A stretch of DNA of 64,000 nucleotides from Minisyncoccota bacterium (GCA_041665625.1 JBAYIK010000001.1:68587-132586); one strand, 5' to 3'; positions 46,079 to 56,287 are shown, numbered from the stretch's first letter. Made by a program: numbers and translations. Notes: generated by a model from the letters alone, not told the origin.

Positions 46079-48640
46079 ATGACAAACTCTAAAGAAGCAT
46101 CTGCTCGAATTAAGATAAACAAACTGCTTGAAGCCTCTGGCTGGCGTTTTGGAGACGACAAAAAAGGAAAAGCTAATATACAACTTGAGCCAGGAGTTAA
46201 GTATTCCGAGCTTGGCGACGACTTTGAAAACGAAACTCACGGTTTTATTGATTTTCTTTTGCTTGACAAAGATGGCCGGGCGCTTGTGGTCCTAGAGGCA
46301 AAAAAGGAATCGATTGACCCTCTTTCTGCCAAAGAGCAAGCTAGAAACTACGCTCGTAATGTTGGAGCGCGGTTCGTCATTCTTTCTAATGGTAACATCC
46401 ATTATTTCTGGGATACTAAACATGGAAACCCTGATGCCATTTCTCGTTTTCCGACTCAAGACTCAATAACTCAATATGAAAAATACACTCCAAACCCTGA
46501 GGAATTAGCTAATACTTTGGTTGACGAGAACTACATTGCCTTAACTCAAATGCCAGGTTTAGTAAATGACCCTGCTTTCCTAAATGAGGCAACGAGAGTT
46601 GAGTTCTTAAGAAATAATAATTTAAAACAACTTCGACCTTACCAACTGAAGTCAATTAAGGCTCTTCAGGAGTCCGCCATGTCTGGTAATCAACGTTTTC
46701 TTTTTGAGATGGCTACGGGTACGGGAAAGACACTCATTTCGGCGGCTGTTATTAAATTATTCCTAAAATCTGGCAATGCCCGCAGAGTTCTTTTTCTTGT
46801 TGATCGATTAGAACTTGAGGGCCAAGCCTATAAAGCATTTAAAGCTTATCTCGGCCATGATTTTGCTACGGTTATTTATAAAGATAACCGCGATTCCTGG
46901 CAAAATGCCAGTGTCGTTGTTTCCACTATTCAAACTTTTCTCGCTGGCGATCGTTATAAAAAGGAATTCTCTCCTACCGATTTTGAGTTAGTTATCTCTG
47001 ACGAAGCCCATCGTTCTATTGGTGGTAATAGTCGAGCGGTCTTTGAATATTTTGTTGGTTATAAATTAGGTTTAACTGCCACACCTAAAAACTATATCAA
47101 GGGCGTTGACCCTGAGGGGGCGGATGTTCAGAGAGAATATGAGCGTCGATTACTTCTTGATACTTACAAAACTTTTGGCTGTGAGCCGGGCAATCCGACG
47201 TTTACCTATGATCTTCTTCAGGGTTCAAAAGACGGATTTCTTATTCAGCCGACCTTGGTTGATGCTCGAACAGAAATTACAACCGAGCTTTTGTCAGAAA
47301 AAGGCTATGCGGTTCATTCCACAACCGAGGAAGGAGAGAATGTCGATCAAGTCTTTAATGAGCGACACTATGAGCGAAAGTTCTTCAACGAAGAAACTAA
47401 TATTGCTATGTGTAAGGCCTTTATTGATAATGGCCTTTTTGACCCAGTAGCACAAAAACAGGGTGTTCAGCTTTTTGGTAAATCAATTGTCTTCTGTGTC
47501 TCACAAAAACACGCTTCGAGAGTGACCAATATTCTTAACAAATTGGCGTTTGAGAGATGGCCAGATCAATACGGTGAATCAGATTTTGCTATGCAAGTGA
47601 CCTCGCAGGTATCCAGTGCTCAACAGATGACAGTTAATTTCTCTAATAATCGTCTCGGTGGTCAAGTTAAGAAACCAGAAGGCTATGATTCTAGTAAGAC
47701 ACGCATTGCGGTAACTGTGGGAATGATGACGACAGGTTATGATTGCCAAGATTTGCTTAACATCGCTTTAATGCGCCCCGTTTTTAGTCCTGCCGACTTC
47801 GTCCAGATTAAGGGACGCGGGACCAGAAAATGGTTATTTGAGTATAAAGATTATGTTGACAAGGAAACAACTCAGATAGCTAAAGAAAGATTTAAATTCT
47901 TTGATTTCTTTGCCACTTGCGAATACTTCGAAGAAGGATTTCCTTATGACGAGAAGATAAAGCTCCCACAAATTAAAAAAGTTGTTGAATCTGAAACTTC
48001 GGGGGATAAAGCTTCGTCTCAGGGAGAATTTGTTGATGAAAAAGGTAACAAGATCTTTAAAGGACCAATTGATTTGGCTACCTCGGACGAGATTGCCTCT
48101 GTCTCCGAGACTGTTATCGGGGAAGAAGGTATGAGAATTGACCGTGAAGGCTTCAAAAGAGCCGTCGAAGAAGATATTCTCGGCAACGAGAAGCTTAAGA
48201 ATATGTGGGAGAACGGCGATACAGAGGAAGCGGAAGACTTTGCTAAAAAAGAGATTTTTGATAAGCCTAAATATTTCTTGAACCTCGATAAGATTCGTAG
48301 GATTTTTGGCGTTGATCGTCGGGTGACTGTTAAGGAATTTTTGCAGGTAGCCTTTGGTGATAAAGAAACATTTGAGATGAAGGACGATCTCTTGGAGTCC
48401 GAATGGCAGAAGTTCGTCGATATTTATGATGTTGATCAACCTCATTATCAACCCGCGAAGAATTTCTTTAAAGCCTATATCTCAGATGAAGAAGTCCGCG
48501 ACATTGTTAAGCGCAATCAACCTGCCGAATTCTATCATTGCCCGTCCTTCGACTTCGAAGATTATCAAAAACTAAACGGATATAGAGTGATCGTCCCACA
48601 ATATGTCCGTGACTATGCCTATCAATTAACAAACTTATAA
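46079..48640 (+). CDS. hsdR: Type I restriction enzyme R subunit (HsdR), compact
   Basis: N-terminal PD-(D/E)xK (DFLLLDKDGRALVVLEAKK), SF2 helicase motifs I (MATGTGKT) and II (VISDEAHRS), canonical KINKLLEASGW N-terminus. Confidence 0.85.
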   Translation: MTNSKEASARIKINKLLEASGWRFGDDKKGKANIQLEPGVKYSELGDDFENETHGFIDFLLLDKDGRALVVLEAKKESIDPLSAKEQARNYARNVGARFVILSNGNIHYFWDTKHGNPDAISRFPTQDSITQYEKYTPNPEELANTLVDENYIALTQMPGLVNDPAFLNEATRVEFLRNNNLKQLRPYQLKSIKALQESAMSGNQRFLFEMATGTGKTLISAAVIKLFLKSGNARRVLFLVDRLELEGQAYKAFKAYLGHDFATVIYKDNRDSWQNASVVVSTIQTFLAGDRYKKEFSPTDFELVISDEAHRSIGGNSRAVFEYFVGYKLGLTATPKNYIKGVDPEGADVQREYERRLLLDTYKTFGCEPGNPTFTYDLLQGSKDGFLIQPTLVDARTEITTELLSEKGYAVHSTTEEGENVDQVFNERHYERKFFNEETNIAMCKAFIDNGLFDPVAQKQGVQLFGKSIVFCVSQKHASRVTNILNKLAFERWPDQYGESDFAMQVTSQVSSAQQMTVNFSNNRLGGQVKKPEGYDSSKTRIAVTVGMMTTGYDCQDLLNIALMRPVFSPADFVQIKGRGTRKWLFEYKDYVDKETTQIAKERFKFFDFFATCEYFEEGFPYDEKIKLPQIKKVVESETSGDKASSQGEFVDEKGNKIFKGPIDLATSDEIASVSETVIGEEGMRIDREGFKRAVEEDILGNEKLKNMWENGDTEEAEDFAKKEIFDKPKYFLNLDKIRRIFGVDRRVTVKEFLQVAFGDKETFEMKDDLLESEWQKFVDIYDVDQPHYQPAKNFFKAYISDEEVRDIVKRNQPAEFYHCPSFDFEDYQKLNGYRVIVPQYVRDYAYQLTNL

Positions 48641-48643
48641 TAA

Positions 48644-51193
48644 ATGAACGCTGACACCAAAAGACATATCGATTCGGCTCGCCAAGTGTTAGTTGGGGTG
48701 GTTCCAAATCCGACTTCGCAGATAGACCAGATCACGAACGCGTTGATTTATAAGTTTATGGATGATATGGATCAGTCCGCGATTAAGGCTGGCGGTGAGC
48801 CTTCGTTCTTTGTTGGTAGTCTTGAGCGTTATGCTTGGACTCGCTTGATGGACGCTCGCATTGGCAATCAAGAGCGAATGAATCTTTACTCCGAAGCTCT
48901 ACTTAAATTCTCTGAAGCAAAACAACTGCCAGAACTTTTTAGAGGAATTTTTAAATCTGCCTTCTTACCTTATCGCTCGCCTGAAACTCTAGGTTTATTT
49001 CTTAAAGAGATTGATTATTTCGACTATTCTCATCCAGAAGAACTTGGTAATGCTTATGAATATCTGCTGTCGATAATGTCCTCTCAAGGTGACGCGGGGC
49101 AATTCCGTACCCCCCGTCACATTATCGACTTCATTGTTGACGTGGTTAACCCTACCAAAGACGATAAGGTTCTCGATCCTGCTTGTGGGACCGGTGGCTT
49201 CTTGGTGAGCTCCTATAAACATATTCTTGAACAGCATGATGGTAAAGATGACCCAGACAAGAAGGAAAAATCACTTACTCCCGACCAGCGCCGAGCTTTG
49301 GCAAATAACTTTGAAGGCTATGACATCGACCCGGGGATGGTCCGTATTGCTCAAGTTAATATGTATCTTCACCAATTTAAGAATCCAAAAATCTTTCAAT
49401 ATGATTCTCTCTCAAGTGATGAGCGTTGGAACGATAAGTTTAGCGTAATCTTGGCTAACCCACCCTTCATGTCTCCTAAAGGTGGGATTAAACCGCACAG
49501 TAAGTTTAGTATTCAATCGAGCCGAAGTGAGGTGTTGTTTGTTGATTATATAATGAATCATCTTCAGCCCAAAGGCCGAGCTGGTATTATTGTCCCAGAA
49601 GGTGTCATCTTTCAATCGGGGACTGCTTATAAACAACTCCGCAAGAATCTTGTCGAAGATGGTTTATTTGCTGTTGCCTCTTTGCCGTCAGGAGTTTTTA
49701 ATCCTTATGCCGGTGTCAAAACAAGTATCCTCTTTTTCGATAATGAGATCTCAAAGAGGACAAATGATATTTTGTTTATAAAAATTAAGAACGATGGCTT
49801 TGACTTGGGAGCCCAGAGACGACCAATTGATAAAAATGATTTGCCTGGGGCAATTAGTTTCATCAACCAATACAAAGAATATCTTGGTAATGATAAAGCT
49901 GCTCTGGCTAAACTATGGGCACATACAGGGGAAGACAAGTTCTTTTCTGTTGAGAAGGCAAAAATTTCTGAGGACGGTGACTATAATCTTTCTGGTGATC
50001 GTTACCGAGTCGCGACTGACTATTCTAACTCTAAGTGGCCGATGATAGGATTGGGAAAATTAGAAGAAGAAGGGAAAATTGAATTTTTAAGAGGTCAAGG
50101 ACTATCAAAGAGTGATTTAATTGAAGAAGGTAAAAGTAAGTGTATCCACTATGGCGAAATTTATACCTTATATGATCCCATTATTAAGAATGTCATAAGT
50201 AGGACTGATTTTGAAGGTAAGGTTACGTCATTAAAAGGTGATGTTCTTGTCCCCGCAACGACAACTGCTGATGCGATGGGGATTGCCGTGGCGAGATCAT
50301 TAAATGAGCAGGGGGTGATAATTGGGGGTGACATAAATATTATCAGAACGAGAAATAAGTTTATGTTGGCCGATTATCTAGCTTTATTAATTAGTAACCC
50401 TCCATTAAAAATAGAACTTTCTAGGTCTGCTAAGGGTGCAAACATACTCCATTTGTCAAACAGTGATTTAAAAAGGCTTCTGATTCCTCTCCCTCCGCTT
50501 GAAATCCAAGAGCAAATCGTCTCAGAGTTGGACGGCTACTCAAGTATAATTTCCGGCGCTAAACAAATCTCTCAAAACTGGAAACCTAAAATCGAGATTG
50601 ACCCTGAGTGGGAGGAGGTTAAGATAGAGGAAATCTCTGATTTAATTACAAAAGGCACAACGCCGACCACTAACGGCGGTAAATTCACGGAAACAGGAAT
50701 CAATTTTATAAAAGTTGAAAGTTTGTCTGAAACTGGTGAAATTGACCTTAAAAAAACATCTTTTATTTCTGGTGAGTGCCATGAGTCACTAAAGCGAAGT
50801 CAATTAAGAGAGAATGACATATTGTTTTCCATCGCTGGTACGAAAATGGGATTATCGGCTATCGTTTCTAAAAATATTTTACCTGCAAACACAAATCAAG
50901 CCTTGGCAATTATAAGATTAAAAAATAATACTGACCCGCAATATGTACTAAATTACTTGAGGTCTATTGCTTTAATATCGCTAATTGAAAACATTAAGGT
51001 CGGAGTTGCTCAGTTTAATCTCTCATTAAAACAAGTAGGTGAACTAGAAATACCTTTCCCTCCTCTCGAAACCCAGAAACAAATCGTAGAAAAAATCGAA
51101 GCTGAACGCATCTTGGTAGACTCTGCCAAAAAATTGATTGGGATTTATGAGAAAAAGACTAGGGAGGTTCTAGCTAAGCTTTGGGAGAAATAG
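48644..51193 (+). CDS. hsdMS: fused Type I methyltransferase-specificity subunit (HsdM-HsdS in one polypeptide)
   Basis: N-terminal half: N6-adenine MTase motifs DPACGTGGFL (I) and LANPPF (IV). C-terminal ~400 aa: two target-recognition domains each followed by a conserved LPPLEIQEQIV / FPPLETQKQIV helix. Confidence 0.8.
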   Translation: MNADTKRHIDSARQVLVGVVPNPTSQIDQITNALIYKFMDDMDQSAIKAGGEPSFFVGSLERYAWTRLMDARIGNQERMNLYSEALLKFSEAKQLPELFRGIFKSAFLPYRSPETLGLFLKEIDYFDYSHPEELGNAYEYLLSIMSSQGDAGQFRTPRHIIDFIVDVVNPTKDDKVLDPACGTGGFLVSSYKHILEQHDGKDDPDKKEKSLTPDQRRALANNFEGYDIDPGMVRIAQVNMYLHQFKNPKIFQYDSLSSDERWNDKFSVILANPPFMSPKGGIKPHSKFSIQSSRSEVLFVDYIMNHLQPKGRAGIIVPEGVIFQSGTAYKQLRKNLVEDGLFAVASLPSGVFNPYAGVKTSILFFDNEISKRTNDILFIKIKNDGFDLGAQRRPIDKNDLPGAISFINQYKEYLGNDKAALAKLWAHTGEDKFFSVEKAKISEDGDYNLSGDRYRVATDYSNSKWPMIGLGKLEEEGKIEFLRGQGLSKSDLIEEGKSKCIHYGEIYTLYDPIIKNVISRTDFEGKVTSLKGDVLVPATTTADAMGIAVARSLNEQGVIIGGDINIIRTRNKFMLADYLALLISNPPLKIELSRSAKGANILHLSNSDLKRLLIPLPPLEIQEQIVSELDGYSSIISGAKQISQNWKPKIEIDPEWEEVKIEEISDLITKGTTPTTNGGKFTETGINFIKVESLSETGEIDLKKTSFISGECHESLKRSQLRENDILFSIAGTKMGLSAIVSKNILPANTNQALAIIRLKNNTDPQYVLNYLRSIALISLIENIKVGVAQFNLSLKQVGELEIPFPPLETQKQIVEKIEAERILVDSAKKLIGIYEKKTREVLAKLWEK

Positions 51194-51196
51194 GCC

Positions 51197-51988
51197 ATGT
51201 TTAATGAAGTTGTTATGTATTTATTACAAATTCTGCAGAAATATCAAGCTCAAGATCTAACGGGTTATGCTGGTCAAATAATTCAACTCAAAAATATCCT
51301 TTATGATTGGGCAAATGGCTGCCTTCTCGAAATAAAAGATTCCGGCTCGAGGGCCAAAGGGACAGCGATTTCTTTGGCTTCAGATGTTGATTATTTAATT
51401 TCTCTTTCTAATGGGTGTAACCAAAGTAATGGGGGGTTAGAGTTTACTTTTAACCAACTCTTCCAACATTTGAAAGATCAGGGCTATCAAAACGTTAGGA
51501 AACAGAACGTTTCAACAAGAATTACCCTAGGCTCTCTTGAGATAGATATCACTCCAGCGACAAAACAGCTCGGTAATACTAGCGACCATAGTATTTGGAG
51601 ATCCAAGAACGGCACATGGCAAAAAACTAATATCCAAAGGCACATAACGGACGTTTCCCAGTCAGGAAGAATAAATGAGATAAAACTAATTAAAATTTGG
51701 AGAGAATTAAATAACTTGGACTTTCCTTCAATCTATCTCGAATACCTGATAATAAATAATGTTTTATTAAACAAGTCCACCGATGTCGCGAATCTTGGTA
51801 ACAATGTCTGGTATATCTTAACTGAATTGGCAAAAGACTACGGAAATCCGTTGTTTGCTAGGGTTGTTGATCCCGCAAATTCTAATAACATCCTTTCTGA
51901 ATTGTTAAGTCAAACAGAAAAAAATAAAATTATAAGCATGGCCAAGATATCCTCGAGCCAATCTAACTGGAACCAGATTCTCTGGTAG
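51197..51988 (+). CDS. Pol-beta superfamily nucleotidyltransferase, SMODS/CD-NTase-like
   Basis: GS-x11-DVD motif (IKDSGSRAKGTAISLASDVDYLISL) and downstream third acidic strand LEIDITPA; start 3 nt after the hsdMS stop. Confidence 0.55.
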   Translation: MFNEVVMYLLQILQKYQAQDLTGYAGQIIQLKNILYDWANGCLLEIKDSGSRAKGTAISLASDVDYLISLSNGCNQSNGGLEFTFNQLFQHLKDQGYQNVRKQNVSTRITLGSLEIDITPATKQLGNTSDHSIWRSKNGTWQKTNIQRHITDVSQSGRINEIKLIKIWRELNNLDFPSIYLEYLIINNVLLNKSTDVANLGNNVWYILTELAKDYGNPLFARVVDPANSNNILSELLSQTEKNKIISMAKISSSQSNWNQILW

Positions 51989-51997
51989 CCTTTTACT

Positions 51998-52687
51998 ATG
52001 AGTAAAAAAATTAACATTAGAAAATTATTTATGGCGCTTGATGAAGAAATGCGCCTAAAATTATCGAGTAAAATTGATGAGATTTATCATCCTACCTCAA
52101 AGGGGAGCGAGTCTGAGTTAAACTGGATCGGGCTATTAAGGACTTATTTACCAGATAGATATACTGTCGACAGTGGGTTTGTCGTTGATCATGAGGGTAA
52201 TATTAGTGATCAAATAGACGTTATTATATATGATCGTCATTTTACCCCCTTTATTTTTAGGGGTGAAAATATTGTTTACATTCCAGCAGAAGGTGTCTAT
52301 GCGATTTTTGAGGTTAAACCCCACTTTGGCAAAACCAATTATGATTATGCCGTTAAAAAATTAAACAGTGTCAAGACCTTAAAAAGAACCTCTGCTGAGT
52401 TTGCTCACATTATGGGTAAAGATAAAAAAGATCTTTTTGAAATTATTGGAGGAATCCTGACAGGAGAAAACAAAGGTAAAAAATATTTTAATGAGCTAAA
52501 TGTTAATTCCAAGCTATCAATAGCCCTTTCGCTAGATAGTGGAGTAAAGATAATTGACGGAGATCTAATGGAGGTCCAAAGTAAAGGACCCGTTCTGGCT
52601 TTTTTCTTGCTCAAGTTAATTAAAAAACTTCAGACACTTGGTACTGTCCCCGCCCTAGAGGTGGATAAATATCTAGGAGTTTGTTAA
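51998..52687 (+). CDS. hypothetical protein with PD-(D/E)xK-like core
   Basis: DQIDVIIYD ... AIFEVKPH spacing fits the D...(D/E)xK restriction-endonuclease fold; also an RTSAEFAH (Rx6H) segment. Confidence 0.4.
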   Translation: MSKKINIRKLFMALDEEMRLKLSSKIDEIYHPTSKGSESELNWIGLLRTYLPDRYTVDSGFVVDHEGNISDQIDVIIYDRHFTPFIFRGENIVYIPAEGVYAIFEVKPHFGKTNYDYAVKKLNSVKTLKRTSAEFAHIMGKDKKDLFEIIGGILTGENKGKKYFNELNVNSKLSIALSLDSGVKIIDGDLMEVQSKGPVLAFFLLKLIKKLQTLGTVPALEVDKYLGVC

Positions 52688-52693
52688 ATACTT

Positions 52694-53428
52694 ATGAACT
52701 CTCCACTTCCTTCATATCTATCGCTTCTGTGTGAAAATGAAGAAGAATTGAGGTATATTTCTGGCCTCCTTGATCAGTTTGATCTTGCTAAGACGTCTGG
52801 GTCATTTCATTTGGCTCTTTTTGCCTACCACCTACTCTTTATGACTTTTGTCTATCAGACGATCTTTAAAATAAAAATTTGGATGCCAGACAGGTTCAAC
52901 GACGCTCTCGTTCAATCGCCATCTGAAAAAAGAAAAAAATATCAGGAGTCTTCATCCGTTTGGGACCTCTCAGAATTTCGGGAAAGTTCAATCTTTGAGC
53001 TTCTTAACCTCCTTCAATCCTGTGAAGAAGAAGTCGTCAGATGTAAAAATATTATTAAGTATCGGAACCGTGGTTTTGGCCATGCGACGGGAGTACTTGT
53101 CTCAGAAGAAGAATTTGGAAAGAAAATAGAAGAATATGACCAGATGGCCTCAGAAATTCATCTATTAACTCATAACGAATTGGCCAAAATATTTGATGAA
53201 TATTTTAAGTCTCTGGATCCTACTCTAGAACAAACAAAAGACGACCTAGAGATTTATCTTATTGGCCCCAACAGGCTGAGTGACAAGGACCTGGAATCTT
53301 TGGCCGCGGAGTGCCTTATCGGAAGGACTGTTCCGCTAGAGAAAAGGAAACAGATTTTTGGGATACTTCAAGACAATTTTAATATGCACATCGAATTATT
53401 AGATTTTAAGCCCGCACAAGACAAGTGA
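52694..53428 (+). CDS. hypothetical protein with one hydrophobic helix and a HEPN-like YRNRGFGH motif
   Basis: FHLALFAYHLLFMTFVYQTIF hydrophobic segment; RNRGFGH resembles the HEPN Rx4-6H motif; no confident family. Confidence 0.35.
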   Translation: MNSPLPSYLSLLCENEEELRYISGLLDQFDLAKTSGSFHLALFAYHLLFMTFVYQTIFKIKIWMPDRFNDALVQSPSEKRKKYQESSSVWDLSEFRESSIFELLNLLQSCEEEVVRCKNIIKYRNRGFGHATGVLVSEEEFGKKIEEYDQMASEIHLLTHNELAKIFDEYFKSLDPTLEQTKDDLEIYLIGPNRLSDKDLESLAAECLIGRTVPLEKRKQIFGILQDNFNMHIELLDFKPAQDK

Positions 53429-54231
53429 CTAGCCCTCACGCATTAAAATTGTATGTTGATGGCTCCGCCTTTAGGAATCCTGGTCATGAAGGTGGCTTCT
53501 CGGTCTTTGCTGAATATCCCGATTCTTTCGGACTCTCGACATTAGAAGTGGCAAATGGGAGTTATGAGGAGACGACAAATAATCGGATGGAATTAAGAGC
53601 TTGTATTGAGGCCTTTAAATTTGCCAGAAAAGAAGTCGAGCGGCTTAAAATTCGCCATGTGATTGTGGTAACTGATTCTCATTATGTTTATAGCAATCAA
53701 TATCGAGCTATCTATTGGAAAAGAGATAACTGGGAGAATAGAGATGGTCGTCCTGTAGATAACCCAGACCTCTGGAAGGAATTTTTATCTCTTAAACAAA
53801 AGGTTAGAGCAAATCTTGAGGTTAACTGGCAGAAAGGAAAAACCACACAAATTCTTAATGCTGTTGATAAAGGAGCAAAACAGGCGGCAAAGGGGATAAA
53901 GACAACTGACTTTGGGTTTAGACGAGGCAAGATCTCAAGGACAAAGGTCAGAGGAGGAGGGATATTGATGTTTCCCGCAAACGGACAGAAAGAGATCATT
54001 AGAGTTTTTAAATATGAAAATAAAGCTATCAACGAGTGGAAGGTTTGTTTTGAATTATACTCTGAAGAGAAAGGCGGGTTTATTTCTAAACACTTTGCCT
54101 ATATACGCTCTCTTGAGAGCCTCCATCGACACGGGTATTATAAAGCTAGTTTTAATGACAACTCTCAGTACCCCCTAATTGAGATCCTTGAGGTGGTAAC
54201 TAGTCCAGAAAAGGGAATCCATCTATCCTGA
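53425..54231 (+). CDS. RNase HI domain fused to an uncharacterised ~120-aa C-terminal domain
   Basis: LYVDGSAFRNPGHEGGFSVF...TTNNRMELRACIEAF...IVVTDSHYV...WKRDNWENRDG are RNase H1 motifs; GTG start overlaps the upstream TGA (GTGA). Confidence 0.7.
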   Translation: MTSPHALKLYVDGSAFRNPGHEGGFSVFAEYPDSFGLSTLEVANGSYEETTNNRMELRACIEAFKFARKEVERLKIRHVIVVTDSHYVYSNQYRAIYWKRDNWENRDGRPVDNPDLWKEFLSLKQKVRANLEVNWQKGKTTQILNAVDKGAKQAAKGIKTTDFGFRRGKISRTKVRGGGILMFPANGQKEIIRVFKYENKAINEWKVCFELYSEEKGGFISKHFAYIRSLESLHRHGYYKASFNDNSQYPLIEILEVVTSPEKGIHLS

Positions 54232-54306
54232 CGACCAACCATCTCCGCAGGGCTTTATTGTATCTTTTGATTTTTAGGTGGTAATATTGGCTAATAAAGA
54301 TGATTT

Positions 54307-55143
54307 ATGTGGCAAAAACTCTCAAAACTGATTAAATTATTGCTTAAGACCATCGCGGTTTTGTTGCTTATTGGCCTTTGGTCTACGGCTTCATACTTTG
54401 CCATAAATTACTTTGCTAAGCTGACAGAAGAGAAAAATGACTGTAATATCTCAGGGATTAGCTTGCACGGGGAAGTGGTCACCTATAACAGCGCTGATTC
54501 CTATAACGATAACGGGGACCTTGTCCGTGATCAGACCTCGGCCGATGAAGTTCTCTATATTGTTAGGCAGGCTCAATCTAATGACGATATAAAAGCTATC
54601 GTTGTCGATATTGATTCTGGTGGAGGATACCCAGAAGCGGGGGAAGAGATGATGAATGCCTTCAAGCAGTCTAAGAAGCCCGTAATAGCCTTTATTCGGG
54701 GCCAGGGGCTCTCTGCCGCTTACCTTGCTGCTACTGGTGCTCAGACAATATTCGCTTCTAAATTCTCCGATATAGGAAGTATTGGAATCACGGGTTCGTA
54801 TCTTCAAGAGACAGAGAAGAACAAGAAGGAAGGCTTAACCTATATTGACCTGAGTTCTGGTAAGTATAAGGATACGGGTAATACGGGGCGCGCCTTAACT
54901 CTGGATGAGAAGAAACTATTCATGAGGGATATTAATATCATGTTTAGCTATTTTGTTGAGATAGTGGCTAAGAACAGGAAGATAGACATCACGAAGGTGC
55001 GGGAGATTGCCGATGGTTCTAGCATGCTTGGAGACGCCGCTCTTAAGGCTGGTTTGATTGATCGAATTGGTCTATATCCTGACGTTAGGAAGTATCTATC
55101 TGAGAAGATCGGGACTGAGGCAAAGATTTGTTGGGAGAACTAG
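54307..55143 (+). CDS. membrane-anchored S49-family peptidase (SppA-like)
   Basis: N-terminal TM anchor; S49/ClpP-like core VVDIDSGGGYPEAGEEMMNAFKQSKKPVIAFIRGQGLSAAYLAATGA. Confidence 0.65.
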   Translation: MWQKLSKLIKLLLKTIAVLLLIGLWSTASYFAINYFAKLTEEKNDCNISGISLHGEVVTYNSADSYNDNGDLVRDQTSADEVLYIVRQAQSNDDIKAIVVDIDSGGGYPEAGEEMMNAFKQSKKPVIAFIRGQGLSAAYLAATGAQTIFASKFSDIGSIGITGSYLQETEKNKKEGLTYIDLSSGKYKDTGNTGRALTLDEKKLFMRDINIMFSYFVEIVAKNRKIDITKVREIADGSSMLGDAALKAGLIDRIGLYPDVRKYLSEKIGTEAKICWEN

Positions 55144-55352
55144 CTCCCAATTTCTTCCCCGCTATTGCTGACGACAAAGACAGCTTTTTTGGGATAAAAC
55201 TGTTATCAAGATAGGTTCTAGTGGTGGGAGGATTCCTCTGAGCTAGCTCTGCTGACATTAGGGGCCTTCTTTCGGATAAATCCGCAATTTGGAGGGAAAC
55301 AGAAGCTAAGGAACCCTTTAAAATAACCTTTTATCGTGATATATTATAAAAA

Positions 55353-56150
55353 ATGCCCATCAATAATGTCGATTTTAATTCTCTGGAGGTTAAGGAGTAC
55401 TTGAAAAGGTTGGATCAGGTTATTTATGATATTTTTAGCATTGTTGAGACTCATATTGAGACGAGAACAACTAATATCAATAAAAAATTAGGCTCTTACT
55501 ATCGGGATAGACTAAAAAGATTAGAAGAACTCTTAAATGAGAATTCTTGGGGGAAGAAAATAGTTAAGAGCAATAAGAAGCCTCGGACAGATCTGGTTGT
55601 CTTATTGGAGGAAAGAGACGAGTTAATTCTAAGAAAAACCAAGAAAGACTTATCTCTGATCTTGTTAGAAATTCAGGTATTAAGAAATTTGCCTCCAAAC
55701 GAAACAGAGACCGGTGTAGCAGACGAAGATTTAAAAAACTATCTCGAGGGTTTAATTTATGCCCAAAATAATAATTTAGGTATTGGTATTGCTAGCCAAT
55801 ACATAATAAAAAAGGCTGATGGGGAATACCTTTATAACAATAAGCCTATTGTTTTTCATAGTAAAAAAACTGACTACTTCAAATTATTCGATAGTCTTTA
55901 TGATATCACTAATGGAGGGGGAGAAGTCACTTATAGCGAACTTTATCGAGAATATCGCAAACATGGAGGGAAAAAGCCCAAAAAGGGGGAGACTGCGGAT
56001 GAGATAAAACACAAAATCTCAAACTTGGTAACAAGTTTCTTTTCCTTCGTCCGGGTTGACGGGAGAAAAATCTCTAGAGTCAACCTTGGGGGGCGGAATT
56101 TTATTGAGGCAATAACAATTTCAGGTCTTCGTTTTAATAATAAAAGGTAG
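55353..56150 (+). CDS. hypothetical basic protein
   Basis: 265-aa ORF, Lys-rich, no motif. Confidence 0.45.
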   Translation: MPINNVDFNSLEVKEYLKRLDQVIYDIFSIVETHIETRTTNINKKLGSYYRDRLKRLEELLNENSWGKKIVKSNKKPRTDLVVLLEERDELILRKTKKDLSLILLEIQVLRNLPPNETETGVADEDLKNYLEGLIYAQNNNLGIGIASQYIIKKADGEYLYNNKPIVFHSKKTDYFKLFDSLYDITNGGGEVTYSELYREYRKHGGKKPKKGETADEIKHKISNLVTSFFSFVRVDGRKISRVNLGGRNFIEAITISGLRFNNKR

Positions 56151-56287
56151 TTCTTATTTTTGACGACAAGGTTCTTTCTAATTCGACCTATAAGGGTCGT
56201 TTTTTTGTTGCAAACAAAGGGTAAAACGGGGAGAGCAAGAAATCGCAAGAAATAGTGAGAAGCTTTTGAGTATGGAAAAATAACACC

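Noticed and set aside
47106-48451. ORFs 47106..47450(+) and 47834..48451(-) within hsdR
   Set aside because: Out-of-frame or antisense to a helicase gene with intact motifs
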